From a virus (Duplodnaviria; Heunggongvirae; Uroviricota; Caudoviricetes), in the IMG/VR virus record IMGVR_UViG_3300031994_002305, positions 37,073-101,072 of that record: a stretch of DNA of 64,000 nt; one strand, given 5' to 3'. Numbering within the stretch: position 1 is the first letter of the stretch; every line of letters starts with the position of its first letter. A program made the translations under genes and the position numbers. The notes under the pieces were generated by a model. It was not told the origin of the DNA and searched no databases. It saw nothing but the letters and a program-made list of their open reading frames with translations. Shown here piece by piece: positions 61,403 through 64,000 of the stretch.

Positions 61403-63894
61403 TAGATAGAAAATTTCCAATGCAACAATGTCAAGATGAGAAGCTTACTAAATCTTTTCGTAAGCTTCATCATGATGTTGTTAATATGATTATAAAATGG
61501 TGTAAGGATAATAATGTAGTTATTGATGAATTCCATCTTAACGCAGATGGAGTTGAGTGTTCAATTCCTTACGGAGAATGGGAATCTTGCACAGATTCAT
61601 CACTTATCTTCGATAAGTTTACAGATGAATATAAAGATGCAGTTTCTTTAAGAAAACGCGTAGATGACAAAGAATGGAAACGAATTAAATCAGAACAAGA
61701 ACATTATTTATTTAGTATATGAATTTTGATAAAGAAACAATTAGTAAATTATTGGATAATTTAGATGAAGATACATTAAAATTATTTAAAGAAGAAATAG
61801 ATAATCGTTTATCTGATGACAATAAAGAAAAGCGATTTATTGAACTATATTATATTACACGAGATAAACTTGATAAATTAATAGCAGAACAATATAATTG
61901 TCCCTATGATATATGGGAGTTTTTCTGGAATAGATTATTTGAAAAAAATGGAATTATTGATAAAGCATATAAGTTAGTTCCATTTGATACAGATATTATA
62001 GATAGCTCATATGAAGATGAAGTATTTTGGATTATGAGCAATTGGGGTGATAAAGTTAAAAGTATTGAAGAAATAAGAAAACAAGAACAATATTTTAATG
62101 AATTATGATTTTATTTATAATTTGGTTAATAGGATTTTTTGTGTCATTATATGTTTCTTTTAAATATGCTGATGTAAAAGAAACATATAAGCATATAATA
62201 TCATCTAATGATAAACATATACATATAATATCTGATTTATTGTTTTTATCAGTTATTGTTTTAGTATATGCTATGTTATCATGGATAGGAGCTGTTGCTA
62301 CTTATATAATTTTTAACTATAAATATGATATATAATAAATTTTTAGTTATAGGATGGGATGAAGAATTACAAGAATATCGTTATCCAGATATAATATATT
62401 CTTCAATTGACCAAAAAGACGAATATTATAAAGTAAATGGTGGTGATAGCGGATTAAATGATAGTAAAAAAATAGCTATAAGAGCTTATAATCATCATTA
62501 TAGAGATAACCATGTAACAGGAATAGTCATAGGAAAATTTAAACATGATTATAAAACAGGATTTACAACAGATATTGAAGAAACATATAATGGATTTTCA
62601 TTAGAACAAGTAAAGGAATGGTATGGTAAATGCTGGGATGCGGGTATTGGTGGACAAATTGGTAATCTTGATACAAACTGGGAATTATCTGATTTATCTG
62701 TTGATGATAGTTTTATTTCAGTAGAAGATTATATGCCTGAAGATTTGTGTTTATGTCTTTTTGGTGGTCCTGGTAAGTCATTTACAAAAGATTGTATTTG
62801 TAAGTTTGATGACGGTACATTAAAATTTTCTCATCGAACAATTATTGATCCTAATGATGAAGATGAGAAAATTAAATGGATTGAAGAATGGTCTAAACGT
62901 CAATTAAAAAATGCAACATCAATATATAAAGGATATGGGTGTGTTGGTCCAGCATATCATTGGGTGATGCCTAAAGAATGGGCAGATAGAGTAGTTGCGT
63001 GGCGTTGGTTTAAAGAAGGAGAAAAAAAATATCAATATATGTAATATGAATATTTTTAATAGTTCATTTTCAAGGGAAGAATATAGAGAATATCAATATT
63101 TACAGTCAAAATATATATTTGACAAAAATCTTGATAAAAAAGAACAGAAACGATATAATGAACTTCAAGAAAAATATATAAAATACAGGGAACATAAATA
63201 TCGTTTAAGACTTTGGCAAGAAGAAAAAGAACATCAACAAAAAATAATTGATCAAATAAAGCCTTATTGTGAATTTAAAGCAACTTTTGTTAAAGGTGGT
63301 ATTTCAAGACAAACTGGTGAATATGATGCTTTTTATGACATTGAAATTAAATCATATCCATTAATGAAAATTTTGGATTCAAAAACAAGAGATGAAATAA
63401 ATAAATATAATAAATTGCGATGTAGAAGTAAAAATCTTTCAAATTATGCATGTTATAAACAAGAACTAGCAGAATATCATTATTTTATTAATTTTTTTGA
63501 ACCAGCTTTAAAGCAAGCTTATGAAGATTATCTTAGAGAAAATTTTTATGGGAAACCTGGTGAACATAATTATATGCCATGTAAGAAATTTCAAATAGAT
63601 TGGTTTGATGAAGTATTTATTACTGATGAAGAAAAAATACCAACAACATTTCAAAAGTGGATAGAAGACATTAGAGAAAAAGAATCAAAAAGATGGGGTA
63701 TTTATGAATATAAATTACCTGAACCACAAAGTTGGGAAAAGGCTTGGATAGATTCAATTGAATATGGTTCAAAACATGAATTCTATAATTTTTGTTGTGA
63801 TTTAAGAAAAAATCCTGAAGATTATCCAGATATTTCAAATCCTATTGAATATTTAAAGGAAGCAAGTAAAATAATTGGAAAGAAATTTATATAA
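61399..63894 (+). other. Five hypothetical CDSs (61399, 61719, 62105, 62325, ~63046)
   Basis: Overlapping start/stop ORFs. Confidence 0.7.
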
Positions 63895-64000
63895 CTATGT
63901 GTAATACAATAGCATTAATCATATTAGCAATAGGATTTGTATTAGCTATTGTTATGAGTATATGTATAGGTACATCCCCTACATATAGAAATAATCCTGA

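Noticed and set aside
1-64000. TAG-to-Gln recoding (genetic code 15) as in many Lak phages
   Set aside because: Long genes on both strands are intact in code 11. The few TAG stops sit at terminators (7121, 18517) or are followed by TAA (36163), and no genes appear fragmented at TAG.

Overview
Very AT-rich, gene-dense segment of a large myovirus-type (jumbo/mega) phage genome. The host is most likely Bacteroidota: the IF-1 is Bacteroides/Prevotella-like, there are no Shine-Dalgarno motifs, and leaders are A-rich. The style recalls Lak-like Prevotella megaphages, but this window reads in the standard genetic code. The + strand carries runs of small hypothetical genes behind a conserved TTGAAW-N16-TATATT promoter. 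It also carries a cytosine-hypermodification/sugar-nucleotide cluster (dNMP kinase, dCMP hydroxymethylase-like enzyme, nucleotidyltransferases, HAD phosphatase, epimerase, kinase, two glycosyltransferases, distal glf), plus gp32-like SSB, nrdDG, infA, and HD, DHH, Nudix and NadD-like enzymes. The - strand carries structural/late-type genes: baseplate gp6/gp25-like proteins, fibre proteins, small proteins with a T4 capsid-targeting-like N-terminus, and a RimK-aspartyl protease fusion. The most striking region is 55.0-57.9 kb, an Arg-dominated tRNA cluster interleaved with several structured non-tRNA RNAs. These include a stand-alone mimic of the 23S rRNA uL11-binding/GTPase-associated centre (H43-H44) with a 112-nt insertion, and a tRNA scaffold whose anticodon arm is replaced by a roughly 125-nt domain. 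A separate ~480-nt highly structured candidate ncRNA lies at about 13.96-14.45 kb. All calls are from manual inspection; no searches or folding programs were run.
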